NCBI GenBank assembly: GCA_016719165.1
Contig: JADKAJ010000001.1
Coordinates: 733,669-797,668, forward strand
Reading direction: 5' to 3'
Source of the DNA: Chitinophagaceae bacterium
Lineage (GTDB): Bacteria > Bacteroidota > Bacteroidia > Chitinophagales > Chitinophagaceae
Length of the DNA: 64,000 bases
In this document: positions 8,728 through 17,713 of the stretch, piece after piece
How the letters are laid out: each line of letters begins with the position of its first letter
Position numbering within the stretch: position 1 is the stretch's first letter
Made by a program: the position numbers and the translations under genes
Notes under the pieces: generated by a model
Told to the model about the DNA's origin: nothing
The model's database searches: none
Seen by the model: the letters and a program-made list of their open reading frames with translations, nothing else

Positions 8728-9768
8728 ATGAGTAGTAAGAAATTTTTTCAAAAAATAGTTAACTGGGAACTCTGGAATTTTTATGTTCTCTACCTGCCTA
8801 TAAGTCCAGTCTGGCTATGGTATTGCCTGCGCAGCAGGTCATTCTGGTATTTCAGTTCGTCAAATCCTACTATCACTTTCGGTGGTTTTGAAGGAGAAGG
8901 GAAAAAAGAAATGTATGACCAGCTACCCACAGAACTGGTTCCCCGCACTATTTATATTATGCATGACTTGCCTTATGAAAATGTAGAAAGAATTGTGAAC
9001 GAAGCAGGGTTTTCATTTCCTTTTATTGTAAAACCGGATGTGGGGATGAAAGGAATCTTATTCCGTAAAATTGACAATGCTGATCAGCTCCGGAAATACC
9101 ATGAAAAAGTACCGGTAGAATATATTGTTCAGGACCTGGTGGATCTGCCGGTGGAAGTGAGTGTTTTTTATTATCGCCACCCCGCTGAACAAAAAGGAAT
9201 AGTGAGCGGATTTATTCATAAAGAATTATTGCAGGTAAAGGGTGACGGGCAATCAACACTCAGGCAACTGGTCGAACAACATCCCCGGGCCAAATTCCGG
9301 ATGGAAGAAATGGAGCACCGGCATGGGCATCGTTTTGACAGGGTGATTCCAGATGGTGAAATATTTTATCTTTCTTATGCCGGTAATCATAACAGGGGAG
9401 CACAATTCACCAACCTTCATAATGAGATCAATGAAGTGATGCACCAGGTATTTGATGAACTGAGCCATAAGACCCGTTTTTATTATGGCCGGTATGATAT
9501 TAAAACAACTTCTATTGACGACCTGAAACAAGGGAAGAACTTTCTTATTCTTGAATTCAATGGTTGTGGTGCCGAGCCAAATCATATCTACGATTGCGGA
9601 ATGAGTCTCTGGAAAGCTTATGGTGTTATATTAGAACATTGGAAAGCATTATACAGGATCAGCCGTCACAATCATAAAAATGGGACCCCTTACTGGTCTT
9701 TTAAAAAAGGCTGGAATTTCCTGAAAGAATCCGGCCGTCATTTTAAGATGCTGGAGAAATATGATTAA
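8728..9768 (+). CDS. ATP-grasp domain protein (ligase of unknown substrate)
   Basis: ATP-grasp-like strand pattern: FPFIVKPDVGMKGILFRKI…EYIVQDLVDLPVEVSVFYY…ILEFNGCGAEPNH. The N-terminus is hydrophobic and Trp-rich. The first ATG is at 8728; the TTG at 8716 sits inside the promoter box. Confidence 0.7.
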   Translation: MSSKKFFQKIVNWELWNFYVLYLPISPVWLWYCLRSRSFWYFSSSNPTITFGGFEGEGKKEMYDQLPTELVPRTIYIMHDLPYENVERIVNEAGFSFPFIVKPDVGMKGILFRKIDNADQLRKYHEKVPVEYIVQDLVDLPVEVSVFYYRHPAEQKGIVSGFIHKELLQVKGDGQSTLRQLVEQHPRAKFRMEEMEHRHGHRFDRVIPDGEIFYLSYAGNHNRGAQFTNLHNEINEVMHQVFDELSHKTRFYYGRYDIKTTSIDDLKQGKNFLILEFNGCGAEPNHIYDCGMSLWKAYGVILEHWKALYRISRHNHKNGTPYWSFKKGWNFLKESGRHFKMLEKYD

Positions 9769-9794
9769 TGCCCTTCTCTTCGTATTTTTAGTTC

Positions 9795-10535
9795 ATGCAT
9801 CCCTTGCTTAGAATTTTATTGACTGGCATGCTTGTCAGTTTTATCGGCTCATTACCATTAGGTACGTTGAATATAGCTGCAATGCAGATATCTATCACGG
9901 ATGGGGTTACAGCTGCTATGCTATTTTCAGTAGGTTCCCTGATCGCCGAAATCATTTATGTCCGCATCTCACTGGTAGCCATGGACTGGGTAAGAAAACA
10001 GGAAAAGATCCTGAAAGCCCTTGATTGGGTAACTTTCCTTATTGTTGCTGCATTAGCTGCTTTTAGCTTTTATGCGGCAATGCAACCAACAGTAGAAAAA
10101 AATATAGTATTAAGCAGCCCATTGCCAAAGATCGTATTGGGCTTTGTGATGAGTGCGGTGAACCCTGTTCAGATACCTTTCTGGTTTGGCTGGAGCACAG
10201 TATTATTCACCAAGAAAGTATTGTTACCAAGATCTGATCATTACAATTCATATATAGTCGGGATAGGACTGGGTACATTTTTAGGTAATTGTATTTTCAT
10301 TTTCGGCGGTTTGCTTATTGCACAAAAGATCAATAATAATCAGCATGTGTTGAACTGGATTATTGGTGGCATATTTGCTCTGACAGCGTTGTTACAGCTA
10401 TGGAAAATATTACGCAAGAAAGATACAATGCACAAACTGGAACACCCTGAAGAAGTGGCGCATCATTTTGAAGAACGCTATGAAAAGTTCGGAATTGACC
10501 CGGAGGATACCCCATCCGACAAACCTCTTAAATGA
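9795..10535 (+). CDS. LysE-family (amino-acid/metabolite efflux-like) membrane protein with a charged C-terminal tail
   Basis: 246 aa with about 6 TM helices and a LysE-like N-terminus (FIGSLPLGTLNIAAMQISI…). Confidence 0.6.
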   Translation: MHPLLRILLTGMLVSFIGSLPLGTLNIAAMQISITDGVTAAMLFSVGSLIAEIIYVRISLVAMDWVRKQEKILKALDWVTFLIVAALAAFSFYAAMQPTVEKNIVLSSPLPKIVLGFVMSAVNPVQIPFWFGWSTVLFTKKVLLPRSDHYNSYIVGIGLGTFLGNCIFIFGGLLIAQKINNNQHVLNWIIGGIFALTALLQLWKILRKKDTMHKLEHPEEVAHHFEERYEKFGIDPEDTPSDKPLK

Positions 10536-10553
10536 TTTGGCACAGTATTTAAA

Positions 10554-11078
10554 TTAAAACCGATAGCCGGCAGAAAGGGATGGAATAAACCGCTTGCCTA
10601 CATCTTCATCCAGCGAATTATATCCTTTACTGAATTCAATGGTATAACCAAAACCGACGGAAGGGGCTCCGTAAAATCGTTTTGCAAAAATGAAGTGGTA
10701 TCCCGCTTCAGCCATGGGAGTTACCAATAAACTTTTTTGTCTTGTTTTTCCTTCAAAATCCTCCAGTGAGAATAATATCCTGGCACCGGCGAAAGGATTG
10801 TTTCCATTTGTATTGGTACCAAAGGCATGACGATAGCCCACATACATTCCAAAACCGGTAGAAACCGAGTAAGCCTTTGCGGAAGCAAGCTGGTAAGTAA
10901 TGCCTGCACTGAAACTGTTCTTATTGTTAAATGATTCACCTCTCGCTGCTACTTTGGTAGTGCTGTATCCCTTTCCGGATGACCGGATATATTCTGCTCC
11001 CAGTTCAAAAGGATTTTGTGCCTGGCTATTCCCATTGATCAGCAAGAAGGCGAAGATTGATTGAATAAGTTTTTGCAT
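10554..11078 (-). CDS. Small outer-membrane beta-barrel (porin-family) protein
   Basis: Signal peptide MQKLIQSIFAFLLINGNSQAQ, alternating amphipathic strands and a C-terminal …AGYRF. Confidence 0.7.
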   Translation of the reverse strand: MQKLIQSIFAFLLINGNSQAQNPFELGAEYIRSSGKGYSTTKVAARGESFNNKNSFSAGITYQLASAKAYSVSTGFGMYVGYRHAFGTNTNGNNPFAGARILFSLEDFEGKTRQKSLLVTPMAEAGYHFIFAKRFYGAPSVGFGYTIEFSKGYNSLDEDVGKRFIPSLSAGYRF

Positions 11079-11128
11079 TGCTTATCTAAATGTTTGACAG
11101 GAGAATATATTATACTATCAATGACCAG

Positions 11129-11458
11129 TTAATCAACAATGAATAATTTACATCCGCTTGCCGTGGAAGTGCGGTGTGCTTCATTATTATCACCCACAAA
11201 ATAGCACATACCTTTTGTAAGTTTCGTCACCCGGCCATCCTCCAGTTCGGTATCCATTTCTCCTTCGAAGCAAAAAATAATATGACCTTTACTGCACCAG
11301 TGATCGGCTTTGTACCCGGGAGAATATTCCACTAATCTAACCCTGATATCATTTACCAATTGTACCTGCCACCAGGCTACTCCTGTTTCACCGTTGTGCT
11401 CTTCTTTGGGAATGGAAGACCAGTTGAGTGTTTGAAAAGGGAAAGAAAGAAGCTTCAT
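11129..11458 (-). CDS. DHCW-motif cupin-fold protein
   Basis: 109 aa with …YSPGYKADHWCSKGHIIFCFEGEM…, which matches the small 'DHCW motif cupin' family. Confidence 0.75.
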   Translation of the reverse strand: MKLLSFPFQTLNWSSIPKEEHNGETGVAWWQVQLVNDIRVRLVEYSPGYKADHWCSKGHIIFCFEGEMDTELEDGRVTKLTKGMCYFVGDNNEAHRTSTASGCKLFIVD

Positions 11459-11465
11459 ATAAATA

Positions 11466-12200
11466 CTATAATTTTTGAAGAAACAATTCTTTTGTTTGTA
11501 TTGCTATAGTATCTGTTATTTGCAGTTGTGTCAGAATATTTGGATTGAAAAAATCCCATTCATCGTGGAAGGTATTAAGTAGACACTGGTTTCCTGATTT
11601 AATTATTGTTACAATTAATGGCAATGATAAATTTTGATTTACTTTTTTAATAGTAAAGGAGTTTAAAAATTTGCAAGATATCCAATTCATTCCTGAGGGC
11701 ATACAATTATCATCAGGATTGTAATCAAATAAGCTCATATTTAGTAATTCTTGGCATCTTGGAATAATATTCAATGAATGAGAATATTGGATGGTATCTT
11801 TTTCTCGTATATATAAATTTCCTGTGGTTGTAAGACGATAACTTGCCATATGATTCTCAATTGGCCCTGTAAATTGAGGATAGGCTAGTGGATATCTTTC
11901 AACTATTGCAGAGTCAGAACTAATGAAAGAGATTCTAAGTTTTACATAGTTGAATACTTGTTCATTTGAATTTAGAATAATAAATGGAGCAAAACTGGTA
12001 AATGTGTTATCGTTGACGAATTTTCGTATAATCTGAGTGTCAGTTATTTCTTGATTGCTTGTAAAGAGCCTTACAGGCGAAACAGTTGCAATGCTTTCAG
12101 TTTGAAAAGTTGCGTTAATATAAAAATCATCATTGCCTTCTCTTGAACAAGAGTATAAAAGCAAGTTAGTAATTACAAAAAATATAATTCTATAAGGCAT
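11466..12200 (-). CDS. Hypothetical lipoprotein (orphan, AT-rich gene)
   Basis: Lipobox in MPYRIIFFVITNLLLYSC. I recognise no family. The gene is visibly more AT-rich than its neighbours. Confidence 0.55.
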   Translation of the reverse strand: MPYRIIFFVITNLLLYSCSREGNDDFYINATFQTESIATVSPVRLFTSNQEITDTQIIRKFVNDNTFTSFAPFIILNSNEQVFNYVKLRISFISSDSAIVERYPLAYPQFTGPIENHMASYRLTTTGNLYIREKDTIQYSHSLNIIPRCQELLNMSLFDYNPDDNCMPSGMNWISCKFLNSFTIKKVNQNLSLPLIVTIIKSGNQCLLNTFHDEWDFFNPNILTQLQITDTIAIQTKELFLQKL

Positions 12201-12214
12201 AATTATTTTTTAAT

Positions 12215-13537
12215 TTATTGTACTTCCTCCACCCATTTATCTCTCTCATCCGGACTAAACTTCCACGGGGCAAAATTATTCTCCACATTACTGAACATGG
12301 CTGTCCATTCCTGGGGCGAATTACTTTCTTCCATGACCAGGTAACGGCGGAGTTGTATAATGATATCGAGCGGACTGATACTGACCGGGCATTCCTGCAC
12401 ACAGGCATTGCAGGTGGTACAGGCACGGAGTTCTTCAACAGAGATATAATCATGAAGCAAACTCCTGCTATCGTCCTTAAACTCTTTGTTGACATTTATA
12501 TTCTTTCCCACTTCTTCCAGCCTGTCACGGGTATCCATCATTATTTTCCTGGGAGAAAGCAGTTTGCCTGTCTGGTTAGCAGGACATGCAGCAGAGCAGC
12601 GGCCACACTCTGTACAACTATAAGCATCCATCAGGTTCTTCCAGCTCAGGTCCATTACGTCTTTTGCCCCGAATCTTTGTGGTGCTGGTTGTTCACCGGT
12701 TGGAGCCAGTTCCGGCTGCATAGCATACAGCACCTCTTTTTGAATGGATGGCATATTTTCCATTTCACCCATTGGTTTCAGTCTTGCATAATAGGCATTG
12801 GGGAAAGCCAATACAATATGAAGGTGTTTGGAATAAGGCAGGTAATTCAAAAATGCAAAGATGCCAACGATGTGCAGCCACCAGGAACCTCTCTCCACCA
12901 GTTCAAGGCTGCTGTTACTCATTCCGTTTAATACAGGCTGTATATATTGAGAAATTATAAAATTTCCTGTTGGATGTGCAGCATAATGTTCAACACCCCT
13001 TGTTTGCAATAATGTATCGCTGGCATTCAGAATAAGAAACAACGACATTAGCACGACTTCGGTAAACAGTATGTAATTCGCATCACTTCTTGGCCAGCCG
13101 TCAAGGTCCTTACTGGCAAAACGTTTTAGTTTGATAATATTCCTTCTTATCAAAAAAATAATACAAGCCACCAGTACAGTTAATGCCAGTATTTCAAACG
13201 CATTGATGAGCAGGGAATAAAAATTACCCAGCGGGGCGGCAAATAACCGGTGCTTACCGGTAATGCCATCCAGTACTATCTCCAGCACTTCTATATTAAT
13301 AATAATAAAACCAGCATATACAAAAAAGTGCATCACCGCTACCAGTGGGTTGCGAAACATTTTTTGCTGCCCGAATGCCAGTAATAAAAGATTTCTCCAG
13401 CGCCGGGAAGTATTGTCGCTCAGGTCTTCGTCTCTTCCCAGTTTAATATTACGGCTGATCTCTTTTACTTTTTTTGAAAACAAAAAGACAGAAACCGCAC
13501 TGATAAGGACAAATAAGATTTGTTGGGCAATTTGCAT
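12215..13537 (-). CDS. Membrane-anchored 4Fe-4S dicluster protein (large subunit partner of the CCG-domain protein)
   Basis: 440 aa with an N-terminal ~6-TM domain and two ferredoxin-type motifs (CTECGRCSAACP, CTTCNACVQECP). Confidence 0.85.
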   Translation of the reverse strand: MQIAQQILFVLISAVSVFLFSKKVKEISRNIKLGRDEDLSDNTSRRWRNLLLLAFGQQKMFRNPLVAVMHFFVYAGFIIINIEVLEIVLDGITGKHRLFAAPLGNFYSLLINAFEILALTVLVACIIFLIRRNIIKLKRFASKDLDGWPRSDANYILFTEVVLMSLFLILNASDTLLQTRGVEHYAAHPTGNFIISQYIQPVLNGMSNSSLELVERGSWWLHIVGIFAFLNYLPYSKHLHIVLAFPNAYYARLKPMGEMENMPSIQKEVLYAMQPELAPTGEQPAPQRFGAKDVMDLSWKNLMDAYSCTECGRCSAACPANQTGKLLSPRKIMMDTRDRLEEVGKNINVNKEFKDDSRSLLHDYISVEELRACTTCNACVQECPVSISPLDIIIQLRRYLVMEESNSPQEWTAMFSNVENNFAPWKFSPDERDKWVEEVQ

Positions 13538-13616
13538 AGCAGTTAATTACAGCTGCTAATTTACGGGATGCAGCAATGAATAATACGAATTGTTGAAAAA
13601 ATGCCGTTTTACATAT

Positions 13617-14027
13617 TTAATCAACCAGTACCACTGCCACTTCTTTTGTAACCTGGTAATTATACCTGTCTGTAACAGTGATCCTGATCATTGCATTTAC
13701 AGTAGAGGTGATACCGGTTACAGTCCAGTTCCAGTTCAGGTCGTAGTAAAGAACATTGCCGGTAGATTGGTTCTGCTGGTATAGAATAGCGTTGGTGGTG
13801 GTATTCCTTATTTCGATCCTGGCATTGGAAAGGGCATTATTATCTGTCACATTACCTCTAACCTGTAGGGTGCTTCCATTAATAATTATCGTTCCGGCAG
13901 TAGGGGCTGTGATTGTGATGACAGAGGGACTATCAGCAGGTGGGGTATTGTTATTGTTGTCTTTGCCGCAGCCAGTCATCACTAAAGTTGCTGTCAGAAT
14001 GATTAGCAGGGGTAATATTTTTTTCAT
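13617..14027 (-). CDS. Small lipoprotein with an Ig-like beta domain (possibly DUF4625-like)
   Basis: Lipobox in MKKILPLLIILTATLVMTGC, then ITITAPTAGTIIINGSTLQVRGNVTDNNALSNARIEIRN. Confidence 0.6.
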   Translation of the reverse strand: MKKILPLLIILTATLVMTGCGKDNNNNTPPADSPSVITITAPTAGTIIINGSTLQVRGNVTDNNALSNARIEIRNTTTNAILYQQNQSTGNVLYYDLNWNWTVTGITSTVNAMIRITVTDRYNYQVTKEVAVVLVD

Positions 14028-14094
14028 ATATGTCAGAATTCATTTATGTATTAAAAGGAAGGAAGAGCTAATTTACATTAATTCATGTAATTGG

Positions 14095-15183
14095 TCAGAA
14101 GTGCAGTGCATTTACCCTGAACTTGCCATTGGAGAACTCCAGTGAAGGCGCAGGGAATTTAAAAGCACTCAGCACGGTGAATATAAATTTTATTCCCTTT
14201 TTATTGGTTTTGATCTTAGTAAGGTCGATATCAGGAGAGAGGTACCATTGCCGGTATCTTTTTATATCTGGCCTGTTGAAAATGATATTGCCATTATCAT
14301 CCTTGCCAATATTTTCAGTGCCTCCAAATAAACCTTCTGCACCATAGCCTACAGAAACGGAAAGCCATTCAGGCAGGTTAGAATTTCTAAAAAATGGTTT
14401 CAGGTTTACACTGGCCCAATAGGTTTGGCCATTATAATCTTTTAACATTCGTTCCGCAGCACTTTTTCCAAAAAGCATATTGCTGCGTTGCGTTAATTCC
14501 GGGTCGTTATAGTTTTTCCGGTGAAAAGAAAATTTAAGTTTTATACGCTGTTCATTCCAGGCCAGCTCCTGAGCAACCAGGGCGCCACTGCCTAATATAT
14601 TTGCACCAAAGTCGCCCCAGCTCCAGCCCCATTCTTTACTGAAACCATCCAGCACTTCAATGACAGTTTGATAAAAAGCGCCGCTCATCCCGCCGATCCA
14701 GATTCTTTTTTTCCTGTCTATACCTGTCCATCGCCACATTTCCATGCTGGCCCGGCTCTCAATATAGGCACTGTAGATATGCCCTACCTTATCTGCCTGC
14801 TTCCATTCCGGGAAGTCATTGAACGTATGAAAACCACTTTGCGGATAATTTTTATACCAGGCATTGTAAAGGCCAATCATAATGCCGCCATAGGCAACAA
14901 CAGTGCCGCCTGCAACCAGCCAGACCCGTTTCTTATTTGGTCCGGGGGGAAGCGATTTATAAAAACCGCCGTGTATCAAACCTTTTTGAAATGCAGTATC
15001 CGGGACAATTTTTATAGCAATAACTGTATCAGCTGACGGGTAGTTCTTTTCTGCAGTAGTAGAATCCTGGGCAACAACGTAGCCGGTTATAGTAAATAAG
15101 GAAATGAGTATGATTGTTTTTTTTACCACAGAAGACAAAAAGTTTCGCACAGAGTATTGAGGGGATATTATTATAAAAATCAA
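14095..15183 (-). CDS. DUF2279-like envelope protein
   Basis: It has a signal/anchor segment (KKTIILISLFTITGYVVAQ) and a …DKVGHIYSAYIESRASMEMW… core. The ORF's TTG at 15183 lies inside a -7 box, so the true start is probably the GTG at 15150. Confidence 0.6.
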   Translation of the reverse strand: MIFIIISPQYSVRNFLSSVVKKTIILISLFTITGYVVAQDSTTAEKNYPSADTVIAIKIVPDTAFQKGLIHGGFYKSLPPGPNKKRVWLVAGGTVVAYGGIMIGLYNAWYKNYPQSGFHTFNDFPEWKQADKVGHIYSAYIESRASMEMWRWTGIDRKKRIWIGGMSGAFYQTVIEVLDGFSKEWGWSWGDFGANILGSGALVAQELAWNEQRIKLKFSFHRKNYNDPELTQRSNMLFGKSAAERMLKDYNGQTYWASVNLKPFFRNSNLPEWLSVSVGYGAEGLFGGTENIGKDDNGNIIFNRPDIKRYRQWYLSPDIDLTKIKTNKKGIKFIFTVLSAFKFPAPSLEFSNGKFRVNALHF

Positions 15184-15188
15184 ATTTA
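15181..15188 (-). promoter_or_regulatory. -7 promoter box (TAAATTTG on the minus strand)
   Basis: The reverse complement of caaattta matches TAnnTTTG. It overlaps the nominal TTG start of the 14095-15183 ORF. Confidence 0.4.
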
Positions 15189-15268
15189 CGAATCTGCTTT
15201 CTTTTCAGTTTCAAAACATAAAATTCAATAACTTTCAGCTTTATTATCAAAAACCAGAAATATCGATT

Positions 15269-16990
15269 ATGGACGCTGCAATTCAATCTAAAGTAGACGT
15301 ATGGCTGAATGGAAATTTTGATGAGGCTACAAAGGAGGAAATAAAAAAGTTACAACAGGATAATCCATCCGAACTGGCAGATGCGTTTTATAAAAATTTG
15401 GAATTTGGTACCGGTGGTCTCCGCGGACTGATGGGAGTAGGCACCAACCGGATGAATAAATATACTGTTGGTATGGCCACCCAGGGCTATGCCAATTACC
15501 TGAAACAATGTTTTCCTGGCGGCGTCAGTGTAGCTATTGCACATGACAGTCGTAACAACAGCCGTTTCTTTGCAGAAACAACGGCTAATGTATTTGCGGC
15601 CAATGGTGTGAAGGTTTATTTATTTGAAGCACTTCGCCCTACACCAGAATTATCCTTTGCTATCCGCACCTTAAAGTGCCAGGGTGGTGTGGTTTGTACT
15701 GCTTCGCATAATCCGAAAGAATATAATGGGTATAAAGCTTATTGGGATGATGGATCTCAATTAGTACCGCCGCATGATAAAAATGTGATCAAAGAAGTGG
15801 ATAAAATTGCTTCAGTGGATGATGTGAAATGGAGCGGGGGTGAAAGCAGGATAACCATCATCGGCAAAGAACTGGATGAGCAATATATGGAAATGGTAAA
15901 GGGATTAAGTGTGTATCCCGAAGTTATTGCAAAGCATAAAGACCTGAAGATCGTTTATACTCCTATACATGGAACTGGTATTACTTTATTGCCGCAGGTA
16001 TTGAAAAATTTCGGGTTTGATAATGTGCATATCGTAAAAGAGCAAAGTGAACCTGACGGAAATTTCCCCACAGTGGCTTATCCTAACCCGGAAGAAAGTG
16101 AAGCGATGAGTTTTGGATTGAAACTGGCAGAAGAGCTGGATGCAGATATTCTTTGCGGTACCGACCCGGATGCAGACCGTCTTGCGATCGGTGTAAAAGA
16201 TTCCAATGGCCAATGGGTGCTGATGAATGGTAACCAGACTGCAGTACTGGCTTTTAACTACCTGATGGAAGCAAGAAAGACAAAAGGCATTGCAAAGCCC
16301 AATGATATGGTGATCACTACCATTGTAACCACACCTATGATCGATGCGATAGCAAAAGGAAATGGAGTGGGTTGCTACCGGGTTCTGACCGGCTTCAAAT
16401 GGATCGCTGAATTGATCCGGGCGAAAGAAGGGAAAGAAAACTATATCATCGGGGGAGAAGAAAGTTTTGGATTAATGATCGGTGATAAGATTAGAGATAA
16501 GGATGGCATCAGTGCCGTAGCATTGTTATGCGAAATGGCAGCGTATGAAAAAGAAAAGGGACGCAGCCTCTATGAAAAAATGATCGACCTGTATGTGCAG
16601 TATGGTTTTTATAAGGAACACCTGATCTCCATTACAAAGAAAGGTATGGATGGCCAGCAGCAGATTGCAGCGATGATGGAAAGCTACCGCAATAATCCGC
16701 CAAAAACCATTAATGGCTCACTGGTGGTAAAACTGCTGGATTATGAATTACAAAAAGGAAGCAATCCGCAAACAGGGGAGGAGTGGAAAATAGAGTTACC
16801 GAAATCGAATGTGTTGCAATTCATTTTAGCGGATGGCAGCAGTATTTCTGCAAGACCAAGCGGCACCGAACCTAAGATCAAGTTCTATTTCAGTGTGAAT
16901 ACAAAACTGAATACTGCAGCTGAGTTTGATAAAGTCAATAAGGAATTGGATGAAAAGATAAAGGCGGTGATCACGGATATGAAGTTGTAA
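15269..16990 (+). CDS. pgcA: Phospho-sugar mutase (phosphoglucomutase/phosphomannomutase family)
   Basis: 573 aa with the active-site loop CTASHNPKEYNGYK, the metal loop GTDPDADR and the sugar loop GGEESFG. Confidence 0.9.
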   Translation: MDAAIQSKVDVWLNGNFDEATKEEIKKLQQDNPSELADAFYKNLEFGTGGLRGLMGVGTNRMNKYTVGMATQGYANYLKQCFPGGVSVAIAHDSRNNSRFFAETTANVFAANGVKVYLFEALRPTPELSFAIRTLKCQGGVVCTASHNPKEYNGYKAYWDDGSQLVPPHDKNVIKEVDKIASVDDVKWSGGESRITIIGKELDEQYMEMVKGLSVYPEVIAKHKDLKIVYTPIHGTGITLLPQVLKNFGFDNVHIVKEQSEPDGNFPTVAYPNPEESEAMSFGLKLAEELDADILCGTDPDADRLAIGVKDSNGQWVLMNGNQTAVLAFNYLMEARKTKGIAKPNDMVITTIVTTPMIDAIAKGNGVGCYRVLTGFKWIAELIRAKEGKENYIIGGEESFGLMIGDKIRDKDGISAVALLCEMAAYEKEKGRSLYEKMIDLYVQYGFYKEHLISITKKGMDGQQQIAAMMESYRNNPPKTINGSLVVKLLDYELQKGSNPQTGEEWKIELPKSNVLQFILADGSSISARPSGTEPKIKFYFSVNTKLNTAAEFDKVNKELDEKIKAVITDMKL

Positions 16991-17011
16991 ACACTTTTTG
17001 AATAGTTCATC

Positions 17012-17042
17012 AAAGCGGCATTTTTACGATGCTGCTTTTTTA
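17012..17042 (+). terminator. Rho-independent terminator after the mutase gene
   Basis: Stem AGCGGCAT/ATGCTGCT (one mismatch) followed by a T-run. Confidence 0.5.
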
Positions 17043-17048
17043 TTTTTG
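17041..17048 (+). promoter_or_regulatory. -7 promoter box (TATTTTTG) for pcm
   Basis: TAnnTTTG match 9 nt upstream of the ATG at 17057. Confidence 0.45.
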
Positions 17049-17056
17049 CTACGCTT

Positions 17057-17713
17057 ATGAGACCAACAGAAGATACATACCGGCACAAAGGCCTTCGCAA
17101 GAAATTAGTACAAGGCATACAGGCAAAAGGAATTTCTGATGAACGGGTGCTGGCTGCAATATTAGAAATACCCCGTCATTTTTTTTTGGATTCAGCATTT
17201 GATGAAAAAGCATACGAGGATATTGCTTTTCCTATTGGTGAAGGACAAACAATCTCACAACCTTATACAGTAGCTTATCAAAGCCAGTTACTCGAAATAA
17301 AACCCTTTCAGAAGGTATTGGAAATTGGTACCGGCAGTGCTTACCAGGCGGTTGTGTTGGCGGAATTGGGCGCACATGTATACACAATAGAACGACAAAA
17401 GAAATTGTTTGAAGCAAACAAATCGTTTCCATGGCTAAAAAAATATTCTTCCATAAAATATTTTTATGGGGATGGCTACCAGGGATTACCTACTTATGCA
17501 CCATTTGACAGGGTAATTATTACAGCTGCCGCTCCGGAAGTGCCGGCCAAACTTATTGAGCAGTTAAAGCCAGGCGGTATTATGGTGATACCTGTAGGAG
17601 CTGGTGATGTACAGCTAATGAAACGCATCACTAAACTGGATAATGGAGTATTGAAAGAAGAAGTATTTGATCGTTTTTCTTTTGTTCCAATGCTGGGAGG
17701 CAGGAATTCTTAG
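17057..17713 (+). CDS. pcm: Protein-L-isoaspartate O-methyltransferase
   Basis: 218 aa with …GQTISQPYTVAYQSQLL…VLEIGTGSAYQAVVLAELG… (SAM-binding motif). Confidence 0.9.
   Translation: MRPTEDTYRHKGLRKKLVQGIQAKGISDERVLAAILEIPRHFFLDSAFDEKAYEDIAFPIGEGQTISQPYTVAYQSQLLEIKPFQKVLEIGTGSAYQAVVLAELGAHVYTIERQKKLFEANKSFPWLKKYSSIKYFYGDGYQGLPTYAPFDRVIITAAAPEVPAKLIEQLKPGGIMVIPVGAGDVQLMKRITKLDNGVLKEEVFDRFSFVPMLGGRNS

Noticed and set aside
8142-10535. Graspetide (microviridin-like) RiPP cluster around the ATP-grasp gene
   Set aside because: I found no small precursor ORF with a T/S…D/E core and no GNAT or ABC-transporter partner. The ATP-grasp protein's N-terminus is unlike MdnB/MdnC as I recall them.
12218-12931. 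237-aa plus-strand ORF
   Set aside because: It lies entirely antisense to the well-supported Fe-S membrane protein gene (12215-13537). The composition is odd and no motifs are present, so it is a typical shadow ORF.
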